Virus record (IMG/VR): IMGVR_UViG_3300017780_009147
Coordinates: 1-30,408 of that record
DNA from: a virus
Lineage: Duplodnaviria; Caudoviricetes
Reading direction: 5' to 3' (one strand)
Length of the DNA: 30,408 bases
In this document: positions 18,129 to 26,662 of the stretch, piece after piece
Position numbering within the stretch: position 1 is the stretch's first letter
How the letters are laid out: every line of letters starts with the position of its first letter
Notes under the pieces: generated by a model
What the model was told of the DNA's origin: nothing
Database searches by the model: none
Seen by the model: only the letters and a program-made list of their open reading frames with translations
Program-made: the position numbers and the translations under genes

Positions 18129-18363
18129 TGAAGATGATGACAACCCATACGATGCTGAAAACGGCGTATTGTACGTCACTTTCGATCGTGTTTCAATCGC
18201 GATTGATATTGAGGACTTTGAAGACTTCTACATGCAGATTCTCTCGCTAAGAGAGATATTGATGTCTGATCCGAATATCGTTCTTGGAGTCTACGAAGAG
18301 AACGGTGTCGTTAAGCGTCAATTCCTACCCAAACCTGACGAAGACGAAACAGAATTTAGCTAG
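18121..18363 (+). CDS. Acidic hypothetical protein
   Basis: ORF tiles the operon; very D/E-rich. Confidence 0.7.
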   Translation: MNDEDDDNPYDAENGVLYVTFDRVSIAIDIEDFEDFYMQILSLREILMSDPNIVLGVYEENGVVKRQFLPKPDEDETEFS

Positions 18364-18371
18364 GAGAAAAA

Positions 18372-18587
18372 ATGGCCAGCCAGGACATCATCAAGGAACT
18401 CGTTGAGAAACTCAACACTGTAGGCAACGAGATCAAGCTTCTGCAAGAGGATCGTAAAGAGCTTCTCGAAGAGTACAAGGAGAAGCTTGATCTCAAAGCT
18501 TTCAAGGCAGCACTTAGGATTGTCAAGGCACGTGAGAATGTAGATCAGAATGAGCTTGAGACAATCCTTGACGTGATCGACCGTTAA
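18372..18587 (+). CDS. GapR/DUF2312-like (T4 DsbA-like) DNA-binding protein
   Basis: IKELVEKL...EIKLLQEDRKELLEEYK...LDLKAFKAALRI matches the GapR pattern; AGGAG RBS. Confidence 0.7.
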   Translation: MASQDIIKELVEKLNTVGNEIKLLQEDRKELLEEYKEKLDLKAFKAALRIVKARENVDQNELETILDVIDR

Positions 18588-18588
18588 T

Positions 18589-20211
18589 ATGTTCGAAGTT
18601 GCTCAATACTTCCCTTACAAGGATATTCGTGAGCAGCAGACTGAAGCGATCCAATTCGCACTCGACGCCTTCCTCAATCAGGGGAAGGCGTTCTGTGTGA
18701 TTGAAGCTGGAACCGGGTGCGGGAAGTCCGCAATTGGTCTCACTATCGCCAAGTACCTGACTGCACATGATTCACCGCCTGTTGACCTCTGGGACAATGG
18801 AGCTTTCTTCCTAACTACACAAAAGATCCTGCAGGATCAGTACATCAACGACTTTGGCCTATCTGACAACATGTGCTCGATAAAGTCGTCGACAAACTAT
18901 CAGTGCAAGCACTACAAGAAGCAGAGCTGCTCAGAATCTATGCAGATGCTTCGGACTGCTGACAAGTCTTCCAAGTTCTTCAAGACTTGTACGATGAGTT
19001 GCCACTACAAGGCTGATAAGAAGAAGTACTCTGAGTCGACTCTTGGTCTCACAAACTTCTCGTATTTCATGACTGACAATGCCTTCAACGCCAAGGTGAA
19101 GCCTAGAAACCTTCTGGTTGTTGATGAGGCTCACAACATTGAGACTGAGATCTCGAAGTTCGTTGAGATCACTGTCTCTGAGCGGTTCTCGTCGCAGTTT
19201 CTAGATCTCGCATGGCCGAGTGTAAATACGCACCATCAAGCAGTCACCTGGATCAAGGACACCTACTTTCCTAAGTGCAGGGCCAAGATCGATCACGTTG
19301 ACAAGACTCTTGAGAAGTACAAGGGACTTGAGCAAAAGATCAAGGAGATCGGAAACTTAGCGAAAGAGCTAGATCTGCTTAAGTCACACGCGCAGAAGAT
19401 TGAGAAGTTCCTAGAGATACAGGACTCAGACAACTGGGTGTTCGAGGAGATCGCTGCATTCGGGCAGAAGATGAGAAGCTTCTCATTCAAGCCAATCGAT
19501 ATCTCTCAGTACGCAAAGGATAACCTGTTTAGGATGGGACGCAGAGTTCTCATGCTCTCAGCAACCATCCTTAACAAGGAAGCGTTCTGTGGATCTCTAG
19601 GTCTCGATCCCGACAATGTAGCATTCATCAGCATCCCGACTCCATTCCCAGTTGAGAACAGACCTGTTCTCTACTTCCCAGTCGGAAACATGGGCGCCGA
19701 TCACATTGATGAGACTCTTCCAAAGATGCTCAAAATGGTGAAGAAGATCCTCGAGGAGCACCCCAAGGAGAAGGGTATCATCCACGCTCACACCTACAAG
19801 ATAGCGAACTACCTGAAGTCGAATCTCAAGACAGACAGACTCCTCATCCATGATTCTACAGACAGGGACAAGGTATTGAAGGCTCACCTTGAGTCAACAA
19901 AGCCAACTGTTCTGCTGTCTCCCTCTATGACTGAAGGTGTTGACCTAAAGGGTGAAGCAAGCAGGTTCCAGATTATCTGCAAGATTCCATACCCATCTCT
20001 TGGCGACAAGATAGTCAGGAAGAGGATGAACAAGTGGAAGTGGTGGTATCCTCTACAGACTTCAAAGACTGTGATACAAGCGATTGGAAGATCTGTAAGG
20101 TCTAACGAAGACTACGCAGTAACGTATATCATCGACTCTGATTGGGATAGATTCTACTCCCGCAACCAAAACATGTTCCCAGAATCATTCAAAGAATCAA
20201 TTGTGAGGTAA
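18589..20211 (+). CDS. DinG/XPD/Rad3-like SF2 helicase
   Basis: Q motif IREQQ, AGTGCGKS, four Cys (possible Fe-S), VDEAH, LSAT, EGVD, QAIGRSVR. Confidence 0.92.
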   Translation: MFEVAQYFPYKDIREQQTEAIQFALDAFLNQGKAFCVIEAGTGCGKSAIGLTIAKYLTAHDSPPVDLWDNGAFFLTTQKILQDQYINDFGLSDNMCSIKSSTNYQCKHYKKQSCSESMQMLRTADKSSKFFKTCTMSCHYKADKKKYSESTLGLTNFSYFMTDNAFNAKVKPRNLLVVDEAHNIETEISKFVEITVSERFSSQFLDLAWPSVNTHHQAVTWIKDTYFPKCRAKIDHVDKTLEKYKGLEQKIKEIGNLAKELDLLKSHAQKIEKFLEIQDSDNWVFEEIAAFGQKMRSFSFKPIDISQYAKDNLFRMGRRVLMLSATILNKEAFCGSLGLDPDNVAFISIPTPFPVENRPVLYFPVGNMGADHIDETLPKMLKMVKKILEEHPKEKGIIHAHTYKIANYLKSNLKTDRLLIHDSTDRDKVLKAHLESTKPTVLLSPSMTEGVDLKGEASRFQIICKIPYPSLGDKIVRKRMNKWKWWYPLQTSKTVIQAIGRSVRSNEDYAVTYIIDSDWDRFYSRNQNMFPESFKESIVR

Positions 20212-20213
20212 TT

Positions 20214-20408
20214 TTGACACCAGCAGAAATTGACAGCATAGTGAAGGCTCGAAGCGAGCTAATCTCATTCTACTCAACGCTAGCAGGCGGAGCTGCTCCT
20301 ACCACAGCGATAGTCAAGCAGCAGGATGTCGCAATGGTTATAGGAATTGCTGTGAAGCATCTGGACACAGCGCTCAAGGATCACGTCAACTTCGGACAGA
20401 GATCATAA
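20214..20408 (+). CDS. Hypothetical protein
   Basis: GAGG upstream of the TTG start. Confidence 0.6.
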   Translation: MTPAEIDSIVKARSELISFYSTLAGGAAPTTAIVKQQDVAMVIGIAVKHLDTALKDHVNFGQRS

Positions 20409-20421
20409 TACTGGAGACGAC

Positions 20422-20595
20422 ATGGATAAGTTCGATATGATTGAGACAATTCTCCACGACGACAACAAGATTGATGCACGATCACTTCTAATTGATTTTG
20501 TTGACCTCATTGATGATCGTGTTGCAGAGCGTTGCTTGCGTGATGTCGCCAAGAACTGGGACATTGATCTTAAGAAGAAGGGATTTGTTAAGTGA
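20422..20595 (+). CDS. Small hypothetical protein (57 aa, absent from the ORF track)
   Basis: GGAG RBS; MDKFDMIETILHDD...KKKGFVK*; GTGA overlap with next gene. Confidence 0.7.
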   Translation: MDKFDMIETILHDDNKIDARSLLIDFVDLIDDRVAERCLRDVAKNWDIDLKKKGFVK

Positions 20596-21089
20596 TCATC
20601 GAAAATATCGATGAGCTTAATGAGACCTTGGCAGATACAGCCGGTATCGTGATGACTTCTGGCGGTTTTGATCCTGCTCACATAGGGCACGTTAGGTGCA
20701 TCACTGAGTCAGGTGAGATTGCAAGAAGAATGGGATACAAGCTTGTTGTAGTTGTCAATGGAGATGGATTCCTTCTTAGAAAGAAGGGATACGCATTCAT
20801 GGACGTTGCAGAACGCATGGAGATCATTGACTCAATTAGAGGTGTTGATTATGTTACGACATGGGACGATGGATCCCAGTATGTAACTGGCGCTGTTCTG
20901 AAGCTGAATCCCAAGGTATTCACAAAGGGCGGCGACAGAACTGATAGATCAAACATCCCAGAATTCAGTGTCTGCGATAAGCTCAACTGTGAAGTGATAA
21001 CTGGGGTAGGTGGATCAAAGATCCAATCCTCCTCAGATCTTGTAAGGAGGATGAAGGATGCGAGTAGTCAGCAAGCCCTGGGGACGTGA
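20592..21089 (+). CDS. Cytidylyltransferase-like (TagD/RfaE-type) nucleotidyltransferase
   Basis: SGGFDPAHIGH, RKKG, ERMEII, KGGDR, KIQSSS. Confidence 0.88.
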   Translation: MIIENIDELNETLADTAGIVMTSGGFDPAHIGHVRCITESGEIARRMGYKLVVVVNGDGFLLRKKGYAFMDVAERMEIIDSIRGVDYVTTWDDGSQYVTGAVLKLNPKVFTKGGDRTDRSNIPEFSVCDKLNCEVITGVGGSKIQSSSDLVRRMKDASSQQALGT

Positions 21090-21402
21090 GGAGATTTGGG
21101 CGGAAACTCCCAAGTACGTCGGTAAGTACCTGTACATTAACGCAGGACACAGACTCTCGAGACAGTACCACGAAAAGAAGGAAGAGACAATCAGGGTTCT
21201 TGGTGGAGTCTTGCTTCTTGAGATTGGAACAGGTGATAATCTAACTGAGATGAGACTCCACACAGGAGAGATCTATCATGTCACTCCCAATACCATTCAC
21301 AGGTTCTCTGCTGTCGAAAACGATGTGATTCTTGTTGAAGTCTCTACACCAGAGCTTGATGATGTCGTTAGGCTGTCTGACGATTACAGCAGATCTACCT
21401 AG
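21058..21402 (+). CDS. Cupin, mannose-6-phosphate isomerase type II C-terminal-like
   Basis: KPWG, LSRQYHEKKEET, HRF, EVST, DVVRLSDDY. Confidence 0.85.
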   Translation: MRVVSKPWGREEIWAETPKYVGKYLYINAGHRLSRQYHEKKEETIRVLGGVLLLEIGTGDNLTEMRLHTGEIYHVTPNTIHRFSAVENDVILVEVSTPELDDVVRLSDDYSRST

Positions 21403-21610
21403 CACTCTCTCGAATAATCTGACGAATCAAAGATCTTAGCTCATTAACTGTGATCTTTGTTCCGTCGCGTCTTGTGACTGTATCGCCCTTGCCCAGGCTC
21501 ACAGTCATTGAACCAGGTTGGTCAGTTGAACTACCTACAGTTCGAGTTGCCTCGATAGAGTCATCTTCCTCAATCTGAGATCTTTTTGACTTTATCCTGT
21601 AATTGTTCAT
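21395..21610 (-). CDS. Small protein ending in a head-targeting-like helix
   Basis: KITVNELRSLIRQIIRES; ATACTTAG 4 nt upstream on the minus strand. Confidence 0.7.
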   Translation of the reverse strand: MNNYRIKSKRSQIEEDDSIEATRTVGSSTDQPGSMTVSLGKGDTVTRRDGTKITVNELRSLIRQIIRESAR

Positions 21611-21641
21611 AATTCTAAGTATTCCTATCTTAGGAGGTTTT

Positions 21642-21836
21642 ATGATTAAGATCGGCGACAGAGTTTTTCCGTGGATGAGGATGAATGCTCACGGAAAAGT
21701 TGTACAGATCAAGGAAGAGTCTGTCAATGGGTGGATGCTCGGAGGAGTAATGCAGAAGAAGTTCTCTGCTGTTGTCCAGCACGATAACGGTGAGATTATT
21801 GAGTATCCCATGCAGGACCTTATGAAGTCTGAATGA
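21642..21836 (+). CDS. Small SH3/KOW-like hypothetical protein
   Basis: AGGAGG RBS before ATG 21642; IKIGDRV...GKV. Confidence 0.7.
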   Translation: MIKIGDRVFPWMRMNAHGKVVQIKEESVNGWMLGGVMQKKFSAVVQHDNGEIIEYPMQDLMKSE

Positions 21837-22078
21837 TGTATCAGGCATTCATAGTGACAGCAAGCGGGTACTACACTGTCATCCAGAATTCTAGCCCGCA
21901 GTCTTCCCGTGATATGCTAGAAGAGCTTATCATAATTGTTGGCAAGCTTCGTAATGGAAAGGGCGCCTGGTATGATCTAGCGGTTGTCGAAGTCACAGAT
22001 GACGGAACACCTACTTCTGAGTCTCGACAAATTCTACAGAATGTATCAACTGAGTTATTCAAGAGGCTATCGCAATGA
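21833..22078 (+). CDS. Hypothetical protein
   Basis: ATGA overlaps on both sides. Confidence 0.6.
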   Translation: MMYQAFIVTASGYYTVIQNSSPQSSRDMLEELIIIVGKLRNGKGAWYDLAVVEVTDDGTPTSESRQILQNVSTELFKRLSQ

Positions 22079-22407
22079 GCACACGTTGCACAATCGGCTA
22101 TGATGACAATTTTCACCTCTACCAAGAGTGCTTCGAGCAAGACAATGTCTACCTGAAGCTAGACAAGGGAGATTGGTCAGCATCAATTGAGACTGCTGTG
22201 ATTGACTGGAGAGATGGAGATACAATGTATCCCCAGCTGCACGTCAAGATTGACGTATCTCTCTGGAGAAAGATCGTTGAAAGCTGGATTGAATCCCAGT
22301 GGGGTAAGAATCCAGAGTACGATCACAAGAAATTCGAAATTGACGCTGAAGCCATCGCAGAGTGGTCTGCCAAGATGAAAGAGAAAAGAGGAGATGACAG
22401 TGAATAA
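22075..22407 (+). CDS. Hypothetical protein
   Basis: ATGA overlap; GAGG RBS. Confidence 0.72.
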   Translation: MSTRCTIGYDDNFHLYQECFEQDNVYLKLDKGDWSASIETAVIDWRDGDTMYPQLHVKIDVSLWRKIVESWIESQWGKNPEYDHKKFEIDAEAIAEWSAKMKEKRGDDSE

Positions 22408-22738
22408 TCAGATTCCCAAGTGGGTCACAAACATATCTGAGTCTGACGTCAATAGACTCCTTGAATCCGACAAAGAGGTGATGAGACAGTTCGCAAGCTG
22501 GGCCTCAGAACCTCCTAGGGTCCTGGCACTACAGATGGAGATAACAAGACTCTCTCAGGAGATACTTCGTCTGAGGACTGTTATGCTTTCGGCTCACGCA
22601 GAGATTACTGAGCAGTGGAATTCTCACTGTGACTCTGAGGGGTTTGGACCGACTAATCTGATTAGGCACCTTAAAGAGGGAACAGGATTCTATCCTGGAT
22701 TTGTTGATGAACTGATAAAAGGAGGCAAGGATGTCTAG
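22394..22738 (+). CDS. Hypothetical protein
   Basis: GAGGAG RBS; coiled-coil segment. Confidence 0.68.
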   Translation: MTVNNQIPKWVTNISESDVNRLLESDKEVMRQFASWASEPPRVLALQMEITRLSQEILRLRTVMLSAHAEITEQWNSHCDSEGFGPTNLIRHLKEGTGFYPGFVDELIKGGKDV

Positions 22739-22946
22739 CATACCCGGACTCAAAGAGATTCGCGAGGAGACTACTCCCGATGGAAAGACTCGTGTAGTAT
22801 TCGACATATCTGAGGATAGAAGTGAAGAGTTCTACAGGCAGTTTGGTCTTGAACCAGGCGACGAAGCGGGATTTGAGAAGATTGTAGTTGAATCAATCAA
22901 GAGCTATCTTACTGAATATGAACGGAATGTGAAAAATGAAGGATGA
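22731..22946 (+). CDS. Hypothetical protein
   Basis: AGGAGG RBS. Confidence 0.72.
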   Translation: MSSIPGLKEIREETTPDGKTRVVFDISEDRSEEFYRQFGLEPGDEAGFEKIVVESIKSYLTEYERNVKNEG

Positions 22947-23373
22947 GCTTGATCTTCTGCTATGCGAGCGATATCCAAAGATCTTCAAGATGCGGAATGC
23001 CTCCATGCAGGAGACCTGCATGTGCTGGGGTTTTGATCACGGTGACGGATGGTATAACCTTATTGAGTCATCATGTCTAAACATCCAGCATCACATTGAC
23101 TGGAAACGGAAGCAGGAACCCTACGCTTCGATGACTGACGAAGAGTTTGATGAGACTCACCAGCCTGTTGCATCACAGGTGAAAGAAAAGTTCGGTGGCC
23201 TCAGATTCTACGTCGATAACTGCGATGACTATGTGAGAGGTGTTATCTCGGTTGCCGAGACCATGAGCTACAGAACCTGCGAGTACTGTGGTTCTCCCGG
23301 CAAGAGCGGTGGAAGAGGGTGGATTAAGACTCTATGTGATTCATGCCGAAAACCAAGCAACACAGCTGAATAA
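22936..23373 (+). CDS. Phage-type hypothetical protein with KEKFGGLRFY motif and C-terminal Cys4 zinc ribbon
   Basis: GDGW, QVKEKFGGLRFY, CEYC...LCDSC. Confidence 0.8.
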   Translation: MKDELDLLLCERYPKIFKMRNASMQETCMCWGFDHGDGWYNLIESSCLNIQHHIDWKRKQEPYASMTDEEFDETHQPVASQVKEKFGGLRFYVDNCDDYVRGVISVAETMSYRTCEYCGSPGKSGGRGWIKTLCDSCRKPSNTAE

Positions 23374-23395
23374 TTAGATGTAGGAGAGATCTAAG

Positions 23396-23599
23396 ATGAT
23401 CATCAAAAAGGGATCAACTTGCTACCAGTCTGAGCGTGGTGAGAAAGATAAGCTCTATCCTAATCTTAACAGCATGATTTCAATCGCACAAGATGAATCA
23501 TGTGAGAGTCTTCCATGGATAGCGTCTAGCGGTCTTACTCCGATCTTCGTCAAGAGATACAAGATGACGCTATGGTGTAAGCCTGGGGATCTTGCCTAA
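23396..23599 (+). CDS. Hypothetical protein
   Basis: AGGAG upstream. Confidence 0.6.
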   Translation: MIIKKGSTCYQSERGEKDKLYPNLNSMISIAQDESCESLPWIASSGLTPIFVKRYKMTLWCKPGDLA

Positions 23600-23881
23600 T
23601 TGTGGTTTCTCTACGTAGTCAAGTGTAGAGATGGAACCCTATACACCGGCATATCAAATGACGTTGAGAGGAGGGTTAGACAGCACTCTTCTGGAAAGGG
23701 CGCCAAATACACACGTTCAAGGTCTCCTGTCTGTCTAATGAAAAGCTGGGAAGCAGGCACCAAGAGTGATGCACTGAGAGTTGAATACAGGTTCAAGCAA
23801 CTCAATAGGCGCCAGAAAGAAGAAGCGATATCACTGTGTGATGGCAGGGAAAGTCTATTGACTTTTCTTCGTAATAGATAG
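23600..23881 (+). CDS. GIY-YIG nuclease (UPF0213/YazA-like)
   Basis: LYVVKCRDGTLYTGIS...RVRQH..GKGAKYTR...ALRVEYRFK. Confidence 0.9.
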   Translation: MWFLYVVKCRDGTLYTGISNDVERRVRQHSSGKGAKYTRSRSPVCLMKSWEAGTKSDALRVEYRFKQLNRRQKEEAISLCDGRESLLTFLRNR

Positions 23882-23898
23882 ATCGTTCGGAGTCCACT

Positions 23899-24372
23899 AT
23901 GACAGAAGTCGGCCACAATCTAATGATGCAGTACCTTGCGTACACACGAGCAGTTCACATCTGGTTCCACGGCGCACACCACTGTGTAAGGGGCATCTCT
24001 TTCTCAGGAGATCATGTCAACCTCTACGGAAAGATCTACTTGGCTGTTCAGGAAAGCTATGATGTAGCTGCTGAGAAGGCTATCGGGCTATTTGATGAGT
24101 CTGTCGCTGACCCGTGCTCAGTCATTACCATGGCAGCTCATGTGATGTCAAAGTACCCATCTCCATGCGAGCTTTCTTCATCCGGGATAGCCATGGCAGG
24201 ACTTAATTTCATCGGAGATTATCTCAAGTTTGTTGAGCACTCATTCGAGATGCTAGAAAATAGTGGTGAGATGACACTTGGTCTCAATGACTTTCTCTCA
24301 GCCTCTGCAAACAACATAGAGACTTACGTCTACCTTCTCAAGCAGAGAGTTAAGGAAGACGAAGATTTTTAG
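23899..24372 (+). CDS. Dps/ferritin-like protein
   Basis: AHHCVRGISFSGDH..LY...Y....YDVAAEK matches the Dps ferroxidase H/H/D/E pattern. Confidence 0.8.
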   Translation: MTEVGHNLMMQYLAYTRAVHIWFHGAHHCVRGISFSGDHVNLYGKIYLAVQESYDVAAEKAIGLFDESVADPCSVITMAAHVMSKYPSPCELSSSGIAMAGLNFIGDYLKFVEHSFEMLENSGEMTLGLNDFLSASANNIETYVYLLKQRVKEDEDF

Positions 24373-24426
24373 CTTGGCTTGAAAAGTTGTAGAATTATGC
24401 TGTATCTTTCTAAGAGGATACTGAAA

Positions 24427-24639
24427 ATGTCTGCAGTGGATCATCCCAAGCACTATCGGCAAGAATCAGGATTCGAGGCAATCGACGTAATTGAGAAATG
24501 GTCTCTAAACTTCAGCCTAGGGAATGTTATCAAGTACGTTTGCAGAGCTGGTCTTAAAAATGACTGCCTAGAAGATCTTCGTAAAGCACACTGGTATCTT
24601 GAGCGAGAGATCGCAAGAAGGAATAAGAATCTAGTATGA
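24427..24639 (+). CDS. DUF3310-family phage protein
   Basis: VDHPKHY, EAIDVI, GNVIKYVCRAGLK, EDLRKAHWYL; GAGGA RBS before ATG 24427. Confidence 0.88.
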   Translation: MSAVDHPKHYRQESGFEAIDVIEKWSLNFSLGNVIKYVCRAGLKNDCLEDLRKAHWYLEREIARRNKNLV

Positions 24640-25016
24640 AGAAGCTAGCCAGCAACAAAGATCTCTGGGCATCACTTGCAGGTCTTTCTGCACATTCGAG
24701 GAACAGGCTGCTGAGACTTCGTAATGTTCTTCATTCGTCTGGTACAGAGAGAGCACTTTTCCGTAGGCAAATTCCACACAATCCCCTAAGAATACTTGAT
24801 GTCGCCTGTGAGATAGCAGAGAAATCTGGATGGAAGAATGTCAGCTATGGGGTCGATAGTGAAGGAGCTTGGATAAGAGACGGTGATAATAGTGCTAACA
24901 TGACAAATGGCAGATGCATCTTTCATCTAAAGAGAGACGACATCGACGTGAATGAAGCTGAGTTTATTGCATGCCTACTTGTCCTACAAGAGATATCAGC
25001 TCTAGATGCACCCTAG
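24636..25016 (+). CDS. Hypothetical protein
   Basis: ORF tiles the operon. Confidence 0.55.
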   Translation: MKKLASNKDLWASLAGLSAHSRNRLLRLRNVLHSSGTERALFRRQIPHNPLRILDVACEIAEKSGWKNVSYGVDSEGAWIRDGDNSANMTNGRCIFHLKRDDIDVNEAEFIACLLVLQEISALDAP

Positions 25017-25782
25017 CTTTTTAGACACTGACATGTCTGCTCGTGCATTGGGCAGAATGAAGATGTTCTACAAAGATCTGATCAAGATGTTTGGAAGTCA
25101 CGGTATGGACTTTGACTTCGACATCTGCCGTAGAAATATTATGCTATCCCGTGCACAGGAGAGATTTTTTGCAGATGAGATCCTGTCAAAGTATCCAGAC
25201 ACCCTCTGCGACGGACGTGTAGGTGAGCCTGATATTGCTATCCCATGCATACTCGCTGAGATAGAGTGCAAGATTACATCACCTAGTCCAGCAGGATCTA
25301 TCAACTTTAGAACAGACTACATTACTCTCTCTGTCAAGGGCAAGCTTGACTATCTCTACGTAGTCGCAGACAAATCATTCGAGAACTTTGCAGTTCTATA
25401 CTTCAGCGATCTAACAATTAGTGACTTTAGGTCTCCTTCGAAGTCTTCACGTGATAAGTCTGTAATGATTAAGCATCGATGCATGGATAGGTGCACAGCA
25501 ATCATGGGAAGTGTTGAATCAGTCAACAAGCGAGAGACCCAGAAGATACAGTCAGATATCGTTAGATCATCGCTGAAGCACATTAGCAAGGTGTCATCCC
25601 TTGAAAAGAGGATACTATCTGCTACGCCAGGCACCAAGATGATCGCTAGCCTGACGAGATCACACACAAACGAATTGGCGAATTTCACAAAGCGAATCTC
25701 AAAACTCAACATCAGGATGACCAAGTGGCGTCAGAAAGAAGAGATGTACAGCATAAAGATGGTCCCACTTCCACAACCCTAG
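25006..25782 (+). CDS. Putative PD-(D/E)XK nuclease with basic helical tail
   Basis: QE.F, GEPDI, EIECKIT motifs. Confidence 0.55.
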   Translation: MHPSFLDTDMSARALGRMKMFYKDLIKMFGSHGMDFDFDICRRNIMLSRAQERFFADEILSKYPDTLCDGRVGEPDIAIPCILAEIECKITSPSPAGSINFRTDYITLSVKGKLDYLYVVADKSFENFAVLYFSDLTISDFRSPSKSSRDKSVMIKHRCMDRCTAIMGSVESVNKRETQKIQSDIVRSSLKHISKVSSLEKRILSATPGTKMIASLTRSHTNELANFTKRISKLNIRMTKWRQKEEMYSIKMVPLPQP

Positions 25783-26270
25783 GGAGGCTCTTTGAAGGAA
25801 AGAGAGTTGTCGATGATGAGATCTGGGATCTTAATATCAAGAACAAGCGTGATTTCGAGAGATGTATCAGAGAGAGTTTCCCAGATATGTCGAAGACTAT
25901 CCAGTCTAGAAGAATCAACTCACACTGGCCTAGAATACGAAACACCATACAGTCAAAGACAAGAGAAGCAGGATCAGGTATGTACGTCGCATGCCACAGA
26001 GACTCACCTGTGTCATACGTCGCAGCAGACAGTAGATCATCAGCAGATAGAATTCTACGACTTCTCTTTAGTTCCATCTTTGAGGATCTTGTCATCTACA
26101 AGGACTCAAGCAATAACTCTGAAAGTGACGCTAGACAGAAGAACCTTTCGCTTGGTCAAAAATATTCAGAAGATCTACAAATACTAGATGAGCAGATCTC
26201 AACACTCACTCTCAGGGCTGAATCAATCAGATACATACAGGATATCTGCAACGTGCTGACGAAGGCTTGA
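25725..26270 (+). CDS. Hypothetical protein (start uncertain)
   Basis: Long frame with C-terminal coiled coil; preferred over the overlapping 25792..26187 frame. Confidence 0.55.
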   Translation: MASERRDVQHKDGPTSTTLGRLFEGKRVVDDEIWDLNIKNKRDFERCIRESFPDMSKTIQSRRINSHWPRIRNTIQSKTREAGSGMYVACHRDSPVSYVAADSRSSADRILRLLFSSIFEDLVIYKDSSNNSESDARQKNLSLGQKYSEDLQILDEQISTLTLRAESIRYIQDICNVLTKA

Positions 26271-26295
26271 CCTACTTATTGACATGGAGGCAACC

Positions 26296-26541
26296 ATGTC
26301 AACGTCAGACTTCAATCCTGGCCCACGTCGTGCTGTGATATCTAGGCCTGTTCACGCAATAGGCGGAGATCAGTACACAGGGTAGTATATGGATTTGCAG
26401 ACAGCGCAGGTGATACATCTCAAGAAGGGAATACAGATCACTCCGCTCAAGAAGCACGTTAATGGCAAGGTTATCTGCAGGATCCTAAATCAACTACTTC
26501 TAATTCCAGAGGATGAGATCCAGGAGATTGGCTGGAATTAG
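26296..26541 (+). pseudogene. 81-codon gene interrupted by an in-frame TAG (26383-26385): nonsense allele, readthrough or error
   Basis: GGAGG RBS; MSTSDFNPGPRRAVISRPVHAIGGDQYTG*YMDLQTAQ...EDEIQEIGWN* in one frame. Confidence 0.55.
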
Positions 26542-26662
26542 CCGTTTATTCATTGTGTAATTGTTTAGCAACTAGCTTATTATAGTTTGTTGGATCCACC
26601 AAGGGTTGTCCTATCTGGATCCTCCAAACTGGTTTTTTGTAGAATAAGAGGAGTGACAGTTT

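Noticed and set aside
23600-23881. Homing endonuclease or intron
   Set aside because: Short stand-alone UPF0213-type GIY-YIG with no DNA-binding tail and no interrupted host gene
25792-26187. 131-aa ORF with GGGAGG before a TTG
   Set aside because: Nested in the 25725 frame, which looks more protein-like; not fully excluded
26542-26662. CRISPR mini-array
   Set aside because: Only two 12-nt imperfect repeats with a 13-nt gap, and no cas genes
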